NCBI GenBank assembly: GCA_963727625.1
Contig: CAVSHR010000003.1
Span: 96,001-160,000 of the forward strand
DNA length: 64,000 nucleotides
Reading direction: 5' to 3'
From: an uncultured delta proteobacterium
Lineage (GTDB): Bacteria; Desulfobacterota; Binatia; UBA9968
In this document: piece after piece, positions 9,379-21,794 of the stretch
Numbering within the stretch: position 1 is the first letter of the stretch
How the letters are laid out: the number at the start of each line of letters is the position of its first letter
The notes under the pieces: model-generated
What the model saw: the letters and a program-made list of their open reading frames with translations, nothing else
Told to the model about the DNA's origin: nothing
Databases searched by the model: none
Translations under genes and position numbers: made by a program

Positions 9379-11208
9379 ATGTCAACAACCGAGATAAAGG
9401 GCGGGAACAGCGACGGCGCCAGCGTCGTCATGCTTTCCGCGGGAAAATTTGTTTTCGGCTGTGTGCTCACCGCCGGGGTCCTGCTATGGGCGGGGCGGGT
9501 GGCGGCGTTGCCGCTTTGGCTGCTCGCCGCGGAAGTGTTTGCCACGATCATCGGCCTGTTTCTATTCGGCTCGTTCAAGTATCAAATCCACAAAAACGCG
9601 CTCACCTACGGCATGTCGATGGTCATCGTGGCGACTTTTGCCGGCTTGGCAAGCTCGGAATGGCACAGTCAGATTGCCGCGTCCGGCTGGTGGCCTTGGG
9701 CACGGGAGAGTCTGCTTTCGTTTCACGGCCTGGACGACGTCGTCCACGCCGACACGATGTTGTTTATTCTCGGACTGACGTTTTTCGTCGCGGTGATCGC
9801 ACAGACAAGGTTGCTAGAAGGAATTACCTTTGTTTTATTGCGGCGCTACCGCGGCCATATTCTGCCGACGGTGATTTCGGTTACCGCCGTGGTCGCTTTC
9901 GCTTCGGGAATTCTCGATGGCGTGTCGATGATCGGACTGACGATTCGCACGCTGGTGATCATCATGATGCTGGCGGCTGCGCCCACGTCCGCAGTCCGCT
10001 ATGCGGTCATGGTGTGTACGGTGGTGACGACTGTTTGCGGCATCTGGTTGGCCTACGGCGAGCCGCCCAATCTGATCATGAAAGCCAACTTGCATCCCTA
10101 CCTCGACAATGCTTTTTTCTTGCGCTATTGCGCGCCGGCGGCGATCGCCTGCTATCTCGTCATCGCCTGGAAACTGAAGCGCAAACTGGGCGGCGGTCAG
10201 ATCCATCTCGACGCCATGGATGTCATCGACGCGAACGTGGAAGACGTTCGCTTTCTCCAGGCATCGCGCCACGGCGAGGTTCTGAGCAGCATTGAGTTGG
10301 TTGAGAGCAGCGGGGATGAGCTAGGCGAGAGGGCCGATCGGGTCGTCGAGCGACTGCGCGAGGGCGAATCGCTGGGCATCGCCCTGGCGCACGAGGACGT
10401 TCCGGAAGCGACGCGCATAAAGTTGCTGGGTCACTTTGTCAGCGAGGAGCTGGCGGAGGCGCTGGACCGCCACTACCTGCTCGACGCCAGGGGCGATCAC
10501 CACGGCGCCCTGGAGGCCGAGAAAGTTGTCGATCACACCATCGCCAGCTTTGCCAAGCGCCGTAAGCAGGCGCAAAAAATCGGCGCCTTGGCACTCATCC
10601 CGTTTATCGGCCTGTTGATCGCTCACGGCATCAACCATAACGTGCCGCTTTTTTTGGCTTCCTTCGGGGGCTTCTTGGTCGCCTTTCTAGGCATTTTTAA
10701 CATCGCCAAGATGCGCGCGCTCGCGCTGCGCGAAGCGCGCCATGAGTACGCCGAATATTATTTTCTCTTTCCGTTGTTTCTATCGATTACACTGTTGACC
10801 AAGGCGGGGTTTTTCGACGCGCTCCAGGCGCTCATCCTTCATGGCATCGACACGCTCGGCCATGGCCATGTGGCGTTCGCCCAGTTCGTCGGTTGCACGT
10901 TTCTGTCGGCAATCCTTGACAACAACGTGGTTGCCGATTTTGCCTCGCGCGCGCTCCATCGCCTGGACATCACGATCATGCATTTGTTCGCCATGTCGCA
11001 GATCGCGGGCTACGCGCTCGGCGGCTGCTGGACGCATATCGGCTCGGCGCAATCGGTGGTGGCCTTCGCGTTTATCCGCCGCGACGTCGACGACCGATAC
11101 ACGCCGGTGCAATGGATCAAAGAAATGACGCCGATCATTCTCGAGATGCTGGTGTTGATCACGGTGATTATCTATGCCGAAAGCGCGCTGCTCAGCTGGC
11201 TGCACTGA
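9379..11208 (+). CDS. Ion-transporter (IT) superfamily permease, ArsB/NhaB/NhaD/SLC13-like
   Basis: Many TM segments; SGILDG, GEPPN, SAILDN, THIGSA motifs. Confidence 0.7.
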   Translation: MSTTEIKGGNSDGASVVMLSAGKFVFGCVLTAGVLLWAGRVAALPLWLLAAEVFATIIGLFLFGSFKYQIHKNALTYGMSMVIVATFAGLASSEWHSQIAASGWWPWARESLLSFHGLDDVVHADTMLFILGLTFFVAVIAQTRLLEGITFVLLRRYRGHILPTVISVTAVVAFASGILDGVSMIGLTIRTLVIIMMLAAAPTSAVRYAVMVCTVVTTVCGIWLAYGEPPNLIMKANLHPYLDNAFFLRYCAPAAIACYLVIAWKLKRKLGGGQIHLDAMDVIDANVEDVRFLQASRHGEVLSSIELVESSGDELGERADRVVERLREGESLGIALAHEDVPEATRIKLLGHFVSEELAEALDRHYLLDARGDHHGALEAEKVVDHTIASFAKRRKQAQKIGALALIPFIGLLIAHGINHNVPLFLASFGGFLVAFLGIFNIAKMRALALREARHEYAEYYFLFPLFLSITLLTKAGFFDALQALILHGIDTLGHGHVAFAQFVGCTFLSAILDNNVVADFASRALHRLDITIMHLFAMSQIAGYALGGCWTHIGSAQSVVAFAFIRRDVDDRYTPVQWIKEMTPIILEMLVLITVIIYAESALLSWLH

Positions 11209-11637
11209 ATCGAGTTGGATGGATCATTGGCACATCGCGGCCGGCGCGATTAGAATTTTTCAAGGGCACGCCGCCCCGCCCCGCCCGCGACAACGGCTGG
11301 GTTAAATCCATACCGGAAACGGCGCTCTGAAAAGCGCCGTTTCTTTGTCGCTGCACCACCAAAAATTTACCGAGGCTGATTTGCGGCGAAAAAGGCGTTG
11401 ACAGCCTTCCCGCGCCGTTATATCGATTCATGGTCCGTCATTCGCCAGGATTGGAAAACTCGCCGCGGTGCTAGGAACAAGGTGGTGGGGCCGTAGGGGG
11501 GGGTTGAATCGTCCCATGGTCGAGAAAATTCAGATTTCGGAATGCAGCGCGCAGGTCAATTTACGGTAGCCGGCGCTTCAAGGCTTCGCATCGCGATTGG
11601 GGGGAGCCGGCGTCAGACGAAAGCGGAGGGATCGACG

Positions 11638-12642
11638 ATGGTCATAATCGCGTTTCTGCTATTGCTCGCTTCAGTGGTTTCAGTCGGGCCCGCTTCAGCA
11701 CAGTCGGCCGAAACGTTGAGCGGGGCAAAAAAGGAAGGCGAAGTCGTCCTCTACACCACGATGACCGTGCGCGACTTCCAAGTCTTCAACAAGGCCGCCA
11801 AGGAAAAATACCCGTTTCTGACTATCCGCCATGTTTATCTCAGCTCGGCACGGCAGACCGCGCGCGTTATGCAGGAATTCCGCGCCGGGCGGGTTCAGGC
11901 CGACGTTTTGGGCAACAGCCCCGAGACTTTGATCTATTTAAGAGAGCAGGGCGTGCTCGGTGCCTATCGCTCGCCAGAGACCGCTAACCTGCTAAAGAGC
12001 ACCTGGGATCCGGACGGTTATTGGTCCGGCATTACAACGGATCTTCTCGTGACCGGTTTCAATCCCAAATTGATTGCCAAAGCCGCGGTGCCCAAAAACT
12101 ATGACGAATACTTATACCCGCAATTCAAGGGTCAGCTCGCCGTAAATCGCGGCGTGCCTTATCCGTTAACCGCCATGGTGTCGCTGCGCGGCGAAGAACA
12201 AGGAATCGCCTATTTTAAGAAATTCTCCCAACAAGGCTTGCAGCTGGTGGAAGGCTACACTCACACGGTCAATATGATGGCCGCGGGTGAATATCCGATG
12301 ACGGCATTCATGCAAGTTTCCAAGCTCGAAGCCATGAAGCGCAAAGGGGCGCCGGTCGATTGGCTTCCCAGCGCGCCAACTTTAGCGACCATTTCCACCG
12401 TGGCCATGATTAAAAATCCGCTTCACCCGGCGGCGGCGCAATTGCTGATCGACTTCTACCTTTCAGCGGAGGGCCAGCGGGCGCTGGCTGCGGCGGGGAA
12501 AATTCCCCTGCGTCGCGGCGTTAAAAGCAAGTCACGGGAGATCGACCAATTGATGGAAACCGGCGACTTGCATGTCGTCCTGCCGGCAGGCGGTTACGAC
12601 CGCTACATGAAAATATACAACGAATTTCTCGGCGTGAGATAA
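11638..12642 (+). CDS. Extracellular solute-binding protein (ABC, Fe3+/thiamine-like cluster)
   Basis: Signal peptide, AKKEGEVVLYT, HPAAAQLLIDFYLS.EGQ; GGAGG before ATG 11638. Confidence 0.8.
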   Translation: MVIIAFLLLLASVVSVGPASAQSAETLSGAKKEGEVVLYTTMTVRDFQVFNKAAKEKYPFLTIRHVYLSSARQTARVMQEFRAGRVQADVLGNSPETLIYLREQGVLGAYRSPETANLLKSTWDPDGYWSGITTDLLVTGFNPKLIAKAAVPKNYDEYLYPQFKGQLAVNRGVPYPLTAMVSLRGEEQGIAYFKKFSQQGLQLVEGYTHTVNMMAAGEYPMTAFMQVSKLEAMKRKGAPVDWLPSAPTLATISTVAMIKNPLHPAAAQLLIDFYLSAEGQRALAAAGKIPLRRGVKSKSREIDQLMETGDLHVVLPAGGYDRYMKIYNEFLGVR

Positions 12643-12939
12643 GCACCGCACGAAAGAATTCCGCCGCGGGCCGACACCTTTTTCGCCGCTGCCACCGGTC
12701 CCCGTCGAAGGCGCTTTTTTCTTAGCGCTGCCAAGGCGCTTCATCGACGACGGCTTCGAGTTTCAGGTTTTTTACCGAAGTAAAAATCGATTCATCGGCG
12801 CAAACCTGCGAAGCAGAACGAACGCGGCGTTCGCGTGACACAGCGCAAGCGGCGAGGTCAAACGGCGCTGGGCAAGCTTGACAGCGCGGGAGCTTCAAAG
12901 CTATGCGTGCATCATCAGATTATCGAGGGAGATCGCCGC

Positions 12940-14013
12940 ATGGAAACGGATGTCAAAGGGAGCATGCCCATCAATCATGACAAGCTCTTGCGTTTCGTCC
13001 AGGCGGCCTTTGAAAAACTCGGCGTGCCCGTTGAAGATGCGCGCAGCGCCGCGGACGCGCTCGTGGCCGCGGACCTGCGCGGCGTCGATACCCACGGTGT
13101 GATCCGTTTCAGTCCGCAGGCTTGGTACGTCAAGTGGCTGGCCGAGGGGTCGATGACGGCGCGCCCCAATATTCGAGTGATTTCCGAGACTGCTTCCACC
13201 GCGCTGATCGATGGCGACCGCGGCATGGGCATGGTGGTGGGCCGGCGCGCCATGGAATTGGCGATTCACAAGGCGAAAGAGTCCGGCATCGGCATGGTTG
13301 GCGTGCGCAACAGCCGCCACTTCGGCATGTCCGCATACTATGCGATGCAGCCGTTGGCGCACGACATGATCGGCATCGCCATGACCAATGCAAGCCGGCA
13401 GGTGGTGCCGACCTTCGGCCGCGAAGCGAGGTTTGGAACCAATCCGATCTGCTTTGCCGTGCCGGCAGATCAAGAGCGTCCGTTCGTTTTAGACATGGCG
13501 ACAACCACAGCAGCAGCCGGCAAGCTCGAGCTCGCCGCCCGGCTCGGTAAATCTATTCCTGCGGGCTGGGCTCTGGATGAATCGGCGCGTTCGACGCTTG
13601 ATCCCCGTGTCGCGCAAAAGGCGCGCCGGCTGTTGCCCCTCGGCGGCTCGCGCGAAAGCGGCAGCCACAAAGGCTACGGCCTGGCGATACTCGTGGAAAT
13701 ACTTTGCGGCGTGCTGACCGGCACGATCACGGCGCTCAACGCCGATCAGGATCCGCGCGGCCATTTCTTCGGCGCGATCCGCGTCGACGCCTTTCGGCCG
13801 CCGGCGGAATTCAAACAAGACATGGATCGATTGATTCTTGAGTTGAAATCGACGCCGCCGATCGACGGGCAAGAAAGAGTTTATGTCGCAGGCGAAATCG
13901 AGTTTGAGACCGGGGAGGCAAGAGCGGAGCGAGGCATTCCGTTGCTTCCGTCGGTTCTCAAGGGATTGCGGGACGTGGGCGAGCAGCTCGGGGTGCCCTA
14001 TGATCTGGAATAA
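12940..14013 (+). CDS. Ldh_2 family (malate/L-lactate/sulfolactate-type) oxidoreductase
   Basis: ADLRGVDTHG, NSRHFG, GTNPI, DMATT, HKGYGL motifs. Confidence 0.9.
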   Translation: METDVKGSMPINHDKLLRFVQAAFEKLGVPVEDARSAADALVAADLRGVDTHGVIRFSPQAWYVKWLAEGSMTARPNIRVISETASTALIDGDRGMGMVVGRRAMELAIHKAKESGIGMVGVRNSRHFGMSAYYAMQPLAHDMIGIAMTNASRQVVPTFGREARFGTNPICFAVPADQERPFVLDMATTTAAAGKLELAARLGKSIPAGWALDESARSTLDPRVAQKARRLLPLGGSRESGSHKGYGLAILVEILCGVLTGTITALNADQDPRGHFFGAIRVDAFRPPAEFKQDMDRLILELKSTPPIDGQERVYVAGEIEFETGEARAERGIPLLPSVLKGLRDVGEQLGVPYDLE

Positions 14014-14109
14014 TTAAACCGACGCTGTTGGTTTTCCACTTCGGATTTGACGGCGGCGGCAATATTCTCGCGTCGAGCCTTACGGCTTCCACAAACCGTG
14101 CGCGCCGGA

Positions 14110-14709
14110 TCAATCACTGCCGCGCGAAATCACGACTTCTTTAAGCACGACATCTTTGATCGGGCGGTCGCGCTGGTCGCGGGGCACGTTGATGATCGCG
14201 TCGACGACGGTTTGGCCTTTCACCACTTCGCCGAACACGCTGTGGCGGCCGTCGAGCCATGGGGCGGGTTTTTGGGTGATGAAAAATTGGCTGCCGTTGG
14301 TGTTCGGTCCGGCGTTGGCCATGGACAGTATGCCGGGTTTGTTATGGCGCAAATCGGCGTTGAACTCGTCGGCGAAACGATAGCCGGGCCCGCCGGTGCC
14401 ATTGCCCAGCGGATCGCCGCCCTGAATCATAAAGCCGGGGATGACCCGATGAAAAATCGTGCCGTTGTAGAGCGGCCTTTTGACTTTCTCGCCGGTCTTG
14501 GGATCGATCCATTCTTTCGTGCCGGTGGCGAGACCGATGAAATTGGCGACCGTATGGGGCGCCTTGTCGTCAAACAGCCGGATGACGATATCGCCCATGC
14601 TGGTCTTCAAGGTCGCGTAGACGGGCCCTTTCTTTTCCGGCCGGTCGGCCGCGCGCGCATGGCTGCCGCTCAGGACTAGCGCGGCCATCAGGCAAAAAAT
14701 CTTCAGCAT
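14110..14709 (-). CDS. Cyclophilin-type peptidyl-prolyl cis-trans isomerase, exported
   Basis: [40 protein letters not shown]; signal peptide. Confidence 0.95.
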   Translation of the reverse strand: MLKIFCLMAALVLSGSHARAADRPEKKGPVYATLKTSMGDIVIRLFDDKAPHTVANFIGLATGTKEWIDPKTGEKVKRPLYNGTIFHRVIPGFMIQGGDPLGNGTGGPGYRFADEFNADLRHNKPGILSMANAGPNTNGSQFFITQKPAPWLDGRHSVFGEVVKGQTVVDAIINVPRDQRDRPIKDVVLKEVVISRGSD

Positions 14710-14716
14710 CGGCTTC

Positions 14717-14878
14717 TCACCTCTTATTATCCAATTCGGCGATGGCTTCGTTGACGAATCTCAAGTCCAGCTATGCCAGCGTAGCGCGCCCCGGCTTCAT
14801 GTTCATTTAGGGCGACCGCTTGCCGGTGCGTTGTCAGCTCGACGCCTTGCTCGGTCGGCACCGGATTCAAATCTTTAA
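14717..14878 (-). pseudogene. Degraded C-terminal remnant of an ABC substrate-binding protein
   Basis: Minus strand reads LNPVPTEQGVEL, then after a frame change [24 protein letters not shown]. Confidence 0.35.
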
Positions 14879-15036
14879 ACTAAAGTGTCTGTCGGGGTCA
14901 AGGAGAACCCTTGCAAGACTTGCATCATTAACGTTTGTTATAGATTAGAAACGGCCAAGATTAAATCCTCTTGGGCGTCGCAAAAGCGCCCCCGAAGCGG
15001 GTGTATTTCATTATTGCTTTTCCGAGCAACCCTGTT

Positions 15037-15065
15037 TTGACAATGAGGTTGTCGGATGTTATAGG
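15037..15065 (+). promoter_or_regulatory. sigma70-type promoter for bactofilin gene
   Basis: TTGACA-17 nt-TATAGG with extended -10 TG. Confidence 0.55.
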
Positions 15066-15096
15066 AAACACTGCCCAAACAGGGGGAAAGCTTTAT

Positions 15097-15663
15097 ATGG
15101 CTTGGTTTGATCGAAACCCTGGTGGAAAAGCAGAGACGGAAAAGCTCCCGGAAAATCCGAAACCGGCGCCCGAGCCTCCTGCTCAGACGGTGGTTGCAGC
15201 GCCGAAGCCTGCTAATCCCGCGGCGGAGGTTGCCCCGCCGCCTTCGACGGCCGGACTCGCCGGTTTTCTTTATAAAGGGAGCCGGGTTAGCGGTCAGTTA
15301 AGTTTTCAAGGGCCTGCCAGAATCGATGGAATTGTGGATGGGGAAATCCAGAGTCAGGCTACGCTGACCATTGGTGAAGGCGCCGAAGTTCGCGCCAAGA
15401 TCTCTGGGCAAGTTGTCGTAATTCGCGGCAAGGTCGAAGGCAATGTCACTGCCAAGGAAAAAGTCGAATTGCTGGCGCCGGCGCGATTGATCGGCAATAT
15501 CAAAGCCCCCCGATTGATCATCACAGAGGGCGTGGTGTTCGACGGTGACTGCTCCATGGGAGTGGCTAAGCAAATGGGCGGGGTCGCAAGTTCGCGTGCT
15601 GTGAGCGACGATAAGGCTGCGGCGGCGCCAATGGCAAAGTTGCAGGCTGATTCAAAGAATTAG
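15097..15663 (+). CDS. Bactofilin (polymer-forming cytoskeletal protein)
   Basis: Pro-rich N-terminus then beta-helix repeats (RIDG.VDGEI..LTIGE.AEV.A.I...VVI.GKVEGNV...L.I.EG.VFDG.C.M). Confidence 0.9.
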   Translation: MAWFDRNPGGKAETEKLPENPKPAPEPPAQTVVAAPKPANPAAEVAPPPSTAGLAGFLYKGSRVSGQLSFQGPARIDGIVDGEIQSQATLTIGEGAEVRAKISGQVVVIRGKVEGNVTAKEKVELLAPARLIGNIKAPRLIITEGVVFDGDCSMGVAKQMGGVASSRAVSDDKAAAAPMAKLQADSKN

Positions 15664-15695
15664 GCTTCGGTTCGCCGTTTTTTCCATCCCGAGAT

Positions 15696-15724
15696 CCTAC
15701 GTTCATCATCGAAGGTAGGTTTTT
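15696..15724 (+). terminator. Putative intrinsic terminator after bactofilin
   Basis: CCTAC.TTC...GAA.GTAGG stem followed by T-run. Confidence 0.45.
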
Positions 15725-15803
15725 TATTATCTGGCCTTGGGTTTTAGATTGCCCGGGCGAGTGCGGTGCTCGCGAAGGTGTAGTTAAAATCGGAATCTGA
15801 CGA

Positions 15804-16232
15804 ATGATCTCCTTAGATATCAGCATTCTTTATCAGGCCATCCTGTTTGTGATTTTGTGGCTGGTCCTCAACAAGGTTTTGTTTCAGCCCTACCTGAAGC
15901 TGCTGGAAGATCGCGAGCATAAAACCACCGGTGCGCAGCATGATTGCGCCGATTTAGAATACGAAGGCGCCCAGTTGCGCGCGCAATACCAAGAGAAAAT
16001 CGCCCAAGCGCAGTCCGCCGGCTATGCAGCGAAGGGCGCCATTTTGCAGGCTGCGCGCGAAGAGCGCGAGAAGCTGCTTGGCGAAGCGCGCCAGCAGGCG
16101 GCGAATCATCTAGAGCGGGTGCGCCAGGAAATCGCCGCGGCGGTGGAGCAAGAAAGACGGCTCGCCGGCGCTGAGGCGGCGGCGCTCGCGGGCGACATGG
16201 TCAGCAAAGTCCTTGGGAGGAAAGTCGCGTGA
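15804..16232 (+). CDS. atpF2: ATP synthase F0 subunit b'
   Basis: N-terminal TM helix then charged coiled coil; first gene of atp block. Confidence 0.85.
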   Translation: MISLDISILYQAILFVILWLVLNKVLFQPYLKLLEDREHKTTGAQHDCADLEYEGAQLRAQYQEKIAQAQSAGYAAKGAILQAAREEREKLLGEARQQAANHLERVRQEIAAAVEQERRLAGAEAAALAGDMVSKVLGRKVA

Positions 16233-16780
16233 GCCTGCTGGAATTGTTTGGCCCGGCGCAAGCCTGGGCTTCGGCGGCGGCCGGCGCGGAGCATCATGTG
16301 CCGGCGATCACCGAGGTCATCTATCCGGCGATCAATTTCATTATTTACGCTGCAATCCTCTACTACTTCGCGCTGCCGCTGGTGCGCAGCTTTCTACGCT
16401 CGCGGCGCGAAGAAATCGTCGAGACGATCGCTCAGGCGTCGAGCAAAAAGCAGCAGGCCGAGGCGGTGGTCAACGAATACAAAGCCAAGCTAGCGGGCCT
16501 TGAAAGGGAAATTCAAACGATTCAGACGGCGCTGCGCCAGGAAGGCGAAAACGAAAAGGCCAAGTTGCACAGCGAAGCCCGGAAGCTGGCGGCCAAGATT
16601 CAGGAGGACGCGCGCTTCCTCGCCGACCAGGAGGTCAAGATGGCGCGTCAAAAGGTGCGCGAAGAAATGGCCGATCAGGCTGAAGCGACAGCGGAAGAAT
16701 TGGTAAGGAAAAATATCTCCGCGGCCGACCAAAGCCGGCTGGCGGGTCAATTCATCCAGGATATCGGACAGGCGCGATGA
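16229..16780 (+). CDS. atpF: ATP synthase F0 subunit b
   Basis: INF...L TM segment, R.EEI coiled coil; overlaps neighbours. Confidence 0.88.
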   Translation: MSLLELFGPAQAWASAAAGAEHHVPAITEVIYPAINFIIYAAILYYFALPLVRSFLRSRREEIVETIAQASSKKQQAEAVVNEYKAKLAGLEREIQTIQTALRQEGENEKAKLHSEARKLAAKIQEDARFLADQEVKMARQKVREEMADQAEATAEELVRKNISAADQSRLAGQFIQDIGQAR

Positions 16781-17316
16781 TCGAAGGCAGCTTAAGTCGA
16801 CGATATGGCAAGGCGGTGTTTCAGCTCGCCTGCGAAGCGGGTGAAGAAGAACGGGTCGGCCGGGAGATCGAGCAGTTTCTTGCCGTCTACAACAATTCGG
16901 ATCTGCAGAAGGTGCTCACCAACCCGGCCTTTGACGTCGATACGCGAAAAAAAATTCTAAACCAGGTGACGCAAAGCCAGCAGCTATCGGCGCTGGCGGT
17001 TAAATTCTTATCCCTTCTCCTCGAACGCGACCGTCTGGTGCAGCTGCCCGGCATTGTCAGCCGCTACCGTCGCTTGCTCGACGAAGCGAAGGGACGAGTC
17101 GAAGTGAGAGTGGTGAGCGCGAGCGCGTTGGAAGCGACGGTGGTCGATCGGCTGCGCGAGAAGCTTCGCGTTATTTCCGGCAAAGACATCGTCTTGCAGG
17201 AAGGTACCGATCCGAGCCTGCTCGGGGGTCTGTTGATCGAACTCGAGGGCAAGGTCTACGACGGCAGCGTTCGCACCCAGCTTGAAAAGATGAAACAGCG
17301 CATCATGCGCGGCTAG
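16777..17316 (+). CDS. atpH: ATP synthase F1 delta
   Basis: [21 protein letters not shown]. Confidence 0.95.
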   Translation: MIEGSLSRRYGKAVFQLACEAGEEERVGREIEQFLAVYNNSDLQKVLTNPAFDVDTRKKILNQVTQSQQLSALAVKFLSLLLERDRLVQLPGIVSRYRRLLDEAKGRVEVRVVSASALEATVVDRLREKLRVISGKDIVLQEGTDPSLLGGLLIELEGKVYDGSVRTQLEKMKQRIMRG

Positions 17317-17329
17317 CAAGGAGCCAAGT

Positions 17330-18838
17330 ATGGAAATCGGCACAGCGGAAATCAGCCGGATCATCAAGGAACAGATTCGCGACTATGAAAAGACGGTTGA
17401 GGTCCAGGAAATCGGCACGGTATTGTCCACTGGCGACGGCATCGCCCGCATCTACGGCCTCGACAAGGTCGCCGCCGGCGAGCTCTTGGAATTTCCCCAT
17501 GGCATTTACGGTGTGGCGCTCAACCTCGAAGAGGATAACGTCGGCGCCGCGCTGTTCGGCGAAACCCACATGATCAAGGAAGGCGATACCGTGAAGCGCA
17601 CGGGTCGCATCGCCGAAGTGCCGGTGGGCAGGGAATTGATCGGTAGGGTGGTCGACGCGCTGGGCCAGCCGATCGACGGTCGCGGTCCGATCGATAGCAA
17701 AGATCGCCGGCGGATCGAAATCAAAGCCCCCGGCATCGTCGCGCGCCAGCCGGTTAAGGAGCCGCTGCAAACCGGACTGAAAGCGATCGACGGCATGATC
17801 CCCATCGGCCGCGGTCAGCGCGAGTTGATCATCGGCGACCGCCAGACCGGCAAGACCGCCGTCGCGATCGACGCCATCATCAATCAAAAAGGCGGCAACG
17901 TCATCTGTATTTACGTCGCCATCGGCCAGAAGCGCTCCACGGTGGCTCAGGTTGTCGATCGGCTTAGAGAGGCCGGCGCCATGGAGTATTCCATCATCGT
18001 GGCGGCGACGGCATCCGAATCCGCCCCGCTGCAATTCATCGCGCCTTACTCGGGCTGCACCATCGGCGAATATTTCCGCGACAACGGCGGTCATGCCTTG
18101 GTGATCTATGACGATCTTTCAAAACATGCGGTGGCGTACCGGCAGCTTTCTTTGCTGTTGCGCCGGCCGCCGGGGCGCGAAGCGTTTCCCGGCGATGTGT
18201 TTTATCTTCACTCCCGGCTGCTCGAGCGGGCGGCGAAGATGAGTGATAAAATGGGTGGTGGCTCACTGACCGCGCTGCCGATCATTGAAACCCAGGCGGG
18301 CGACGTGTCGGCGTACATTCCAACCAACGTTATTTCCATTACCGACGGCCAGATTTTTTTGGAAAGCGATCTTTTCTATTCCGGCGTGCGCCCGGCGATC
18401 AACGTCGGTATTTCGGTCTCCCGGGTTGGCGGCAACGCGCAGATCAAAGCGATGAAGCAAGTCGCCGGCACTCTTCGCCTCGAACTGGCGCAGTATCGAG
18501 AAATGGCTGCCTTTGCACAATTCGGCTCCGACTTGGACCAAACCACGCAGCGCCAGCTCAATCGAGGGGCGCGCTTGGTGGAGCTGCTGAAGCAGGGACA
18601 GTACCAGCCCTTGCCGGTGGAAAAACAGATTCTGATCATCTACGCCGGCACCAACGGATTTGTCGACGAATTGCCGCTCGCGGCGCTCAAGAAGTACGAG
18701 CAGGAGCTCAATTCTTTCGTCGAGTCGAGACATCCCGACATTTTTGCCGATATTCTCAAGAAGCGCGAGTTGGACGCCGACCTGCGCACCAAGTTGACCA
18801 AGGCGCTGGACGAATTTAAGGGGATATTTAAAGCGTAA
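17330..18838 (+). CDS. atpA: ATP synthase F1 alpha
   Basis: [29 protein letters not shown]. Confidence 0.99.
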   Translation: MEIGTAEISRIIKEQIRDYEKTVEVQEIGTVLSTGDGIARIYGLDKVAAGELLEFPHGIYGVALNLEEDNVGAALFGETHMIKEGDTVKRTGRIAEVPVGRELIGRVVDALGQPIDGRGPIDSKDRRRIEIKAPGIVARQPVKEPLQTGLKAIDGMIPIGRGQRELIIGDRQTGKTAVAIDAIINQKGGNVICIYVAIGQKRSTVAQVVDRLREAGAMEYSIIVAATASESAPLQFIAPYSGCTIGEYFRDNGGHALVIYDDLSKHAVAYRQLSLLLRRPPGREAFPGDVFYLHSRLLERAAKMSDKMGGGSLTALPIIETQAGDVSAYIPTNVISITDGQIFLESDLFYSGVRPAINVGISVSRVGGNAQIKAMKQVAGTLRLELAQYREMAAFAQFGSDLDQTTQRQLNRGARLVELLKQGQYQPLPVEKQILIIYAGTNGFVDELPLAALKKYEQELNSFVESRHPDIFADILKKRELDADLRTKLTKALDEFKGIFKA

Positions 18839-18906
18839 GGGTTTATTTTTTGAATTCGTGTTTCTGGCATTAACTCGGAGCCTGAAACTAGAAACTCTTA
18901 AAAACC

Positions 18907-19770
<864 letters not shown>

Positions 19771-19789
19771 TAAAAAGCCGTGCTTGTGA

Positions 19790-21262
<1,473 letters not shown>

Positions 21263-21265
21263 AAT

Positions 21266-21334
21266 AGGCATGAGGCATGAGGCATGAGGCACGAGTAATT
21301 TTTATTCGCGCCTCGTGCGTTTCGCCTCACGCCT
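21266..21334. repeat. Heptamer tandem repeats with inverted counterpart between atpD and atpC
   Basis: (AGGCATG)3-AGGCACG at 21266-21293; CGCGCCT-CGTGCGT-TTCGCCT-CACGCCT at 21307-21334. Confidence 0.8.
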
Positions 21335-21349
21335 GATTTCTGTGAAATC

Positions 21350-21766
21350 ATGGCAGACAAGATCAGATTAAGAGTGGTGACGCCGACGCGACTGGTTCTC
21401 GACGAAGACGTCGATGAGGTGACCGCGCGGGGCGAGCTCGGCGAGTTCGGGGTGCTGCCGAACCATATCGCTTTTTTGTCGACGCTCGTCGCCGGCGAGC
21501 TCAACTACAAGCGGGGGGCCGACAAGCGAATCCTGGTGGTGAGCGGCGGTTATGCTGAGGTCTTGGATAATGTTATGACTGTGCTGGCTCCGGCAGCGGA
21601 GTTCGCGTCCGAAATCGATGTTGCGCGGGCGCAGCGCGCCAAGGAGCGGGCCGAAAAGCAACTGGCCGAGCTCGACCGGGAAGAAAAAGATTGGCAGGTG
21701 GCCGAGGCCGCGTGCCAAAGGGCTCTGGTGCGGCTCCAGGTTGCCAGCAGAGAAGCAAGAAGATAA
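21350..21766 (+). CDS. atpC: ATP synthase F1 epsilon
   Basis: VVTP, GEFGVLPNH, VSGG, ID..RA..A. Confidence 0.97.
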   Translation: MADKIRLRVVTPTRLVLDEDVDEVTARGELGEFGVLPNHIAFLSTLVAGELNYKRGADKRILVVSGGYAEVLDNVMTVLAPAAEFASEIDVARAQRAKERAEKQLAELDREEKDWQVAEAACQRALVRLQVASREARR

Positions 21767-21794
21767 GAAAGAGAGAGATTAAGGAGGGCGATTT

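Noticed and set aside
21266-21334. Repeats as a possible CRISPR array
   Set aside because: 7-bp units with no spacers and no cas genes
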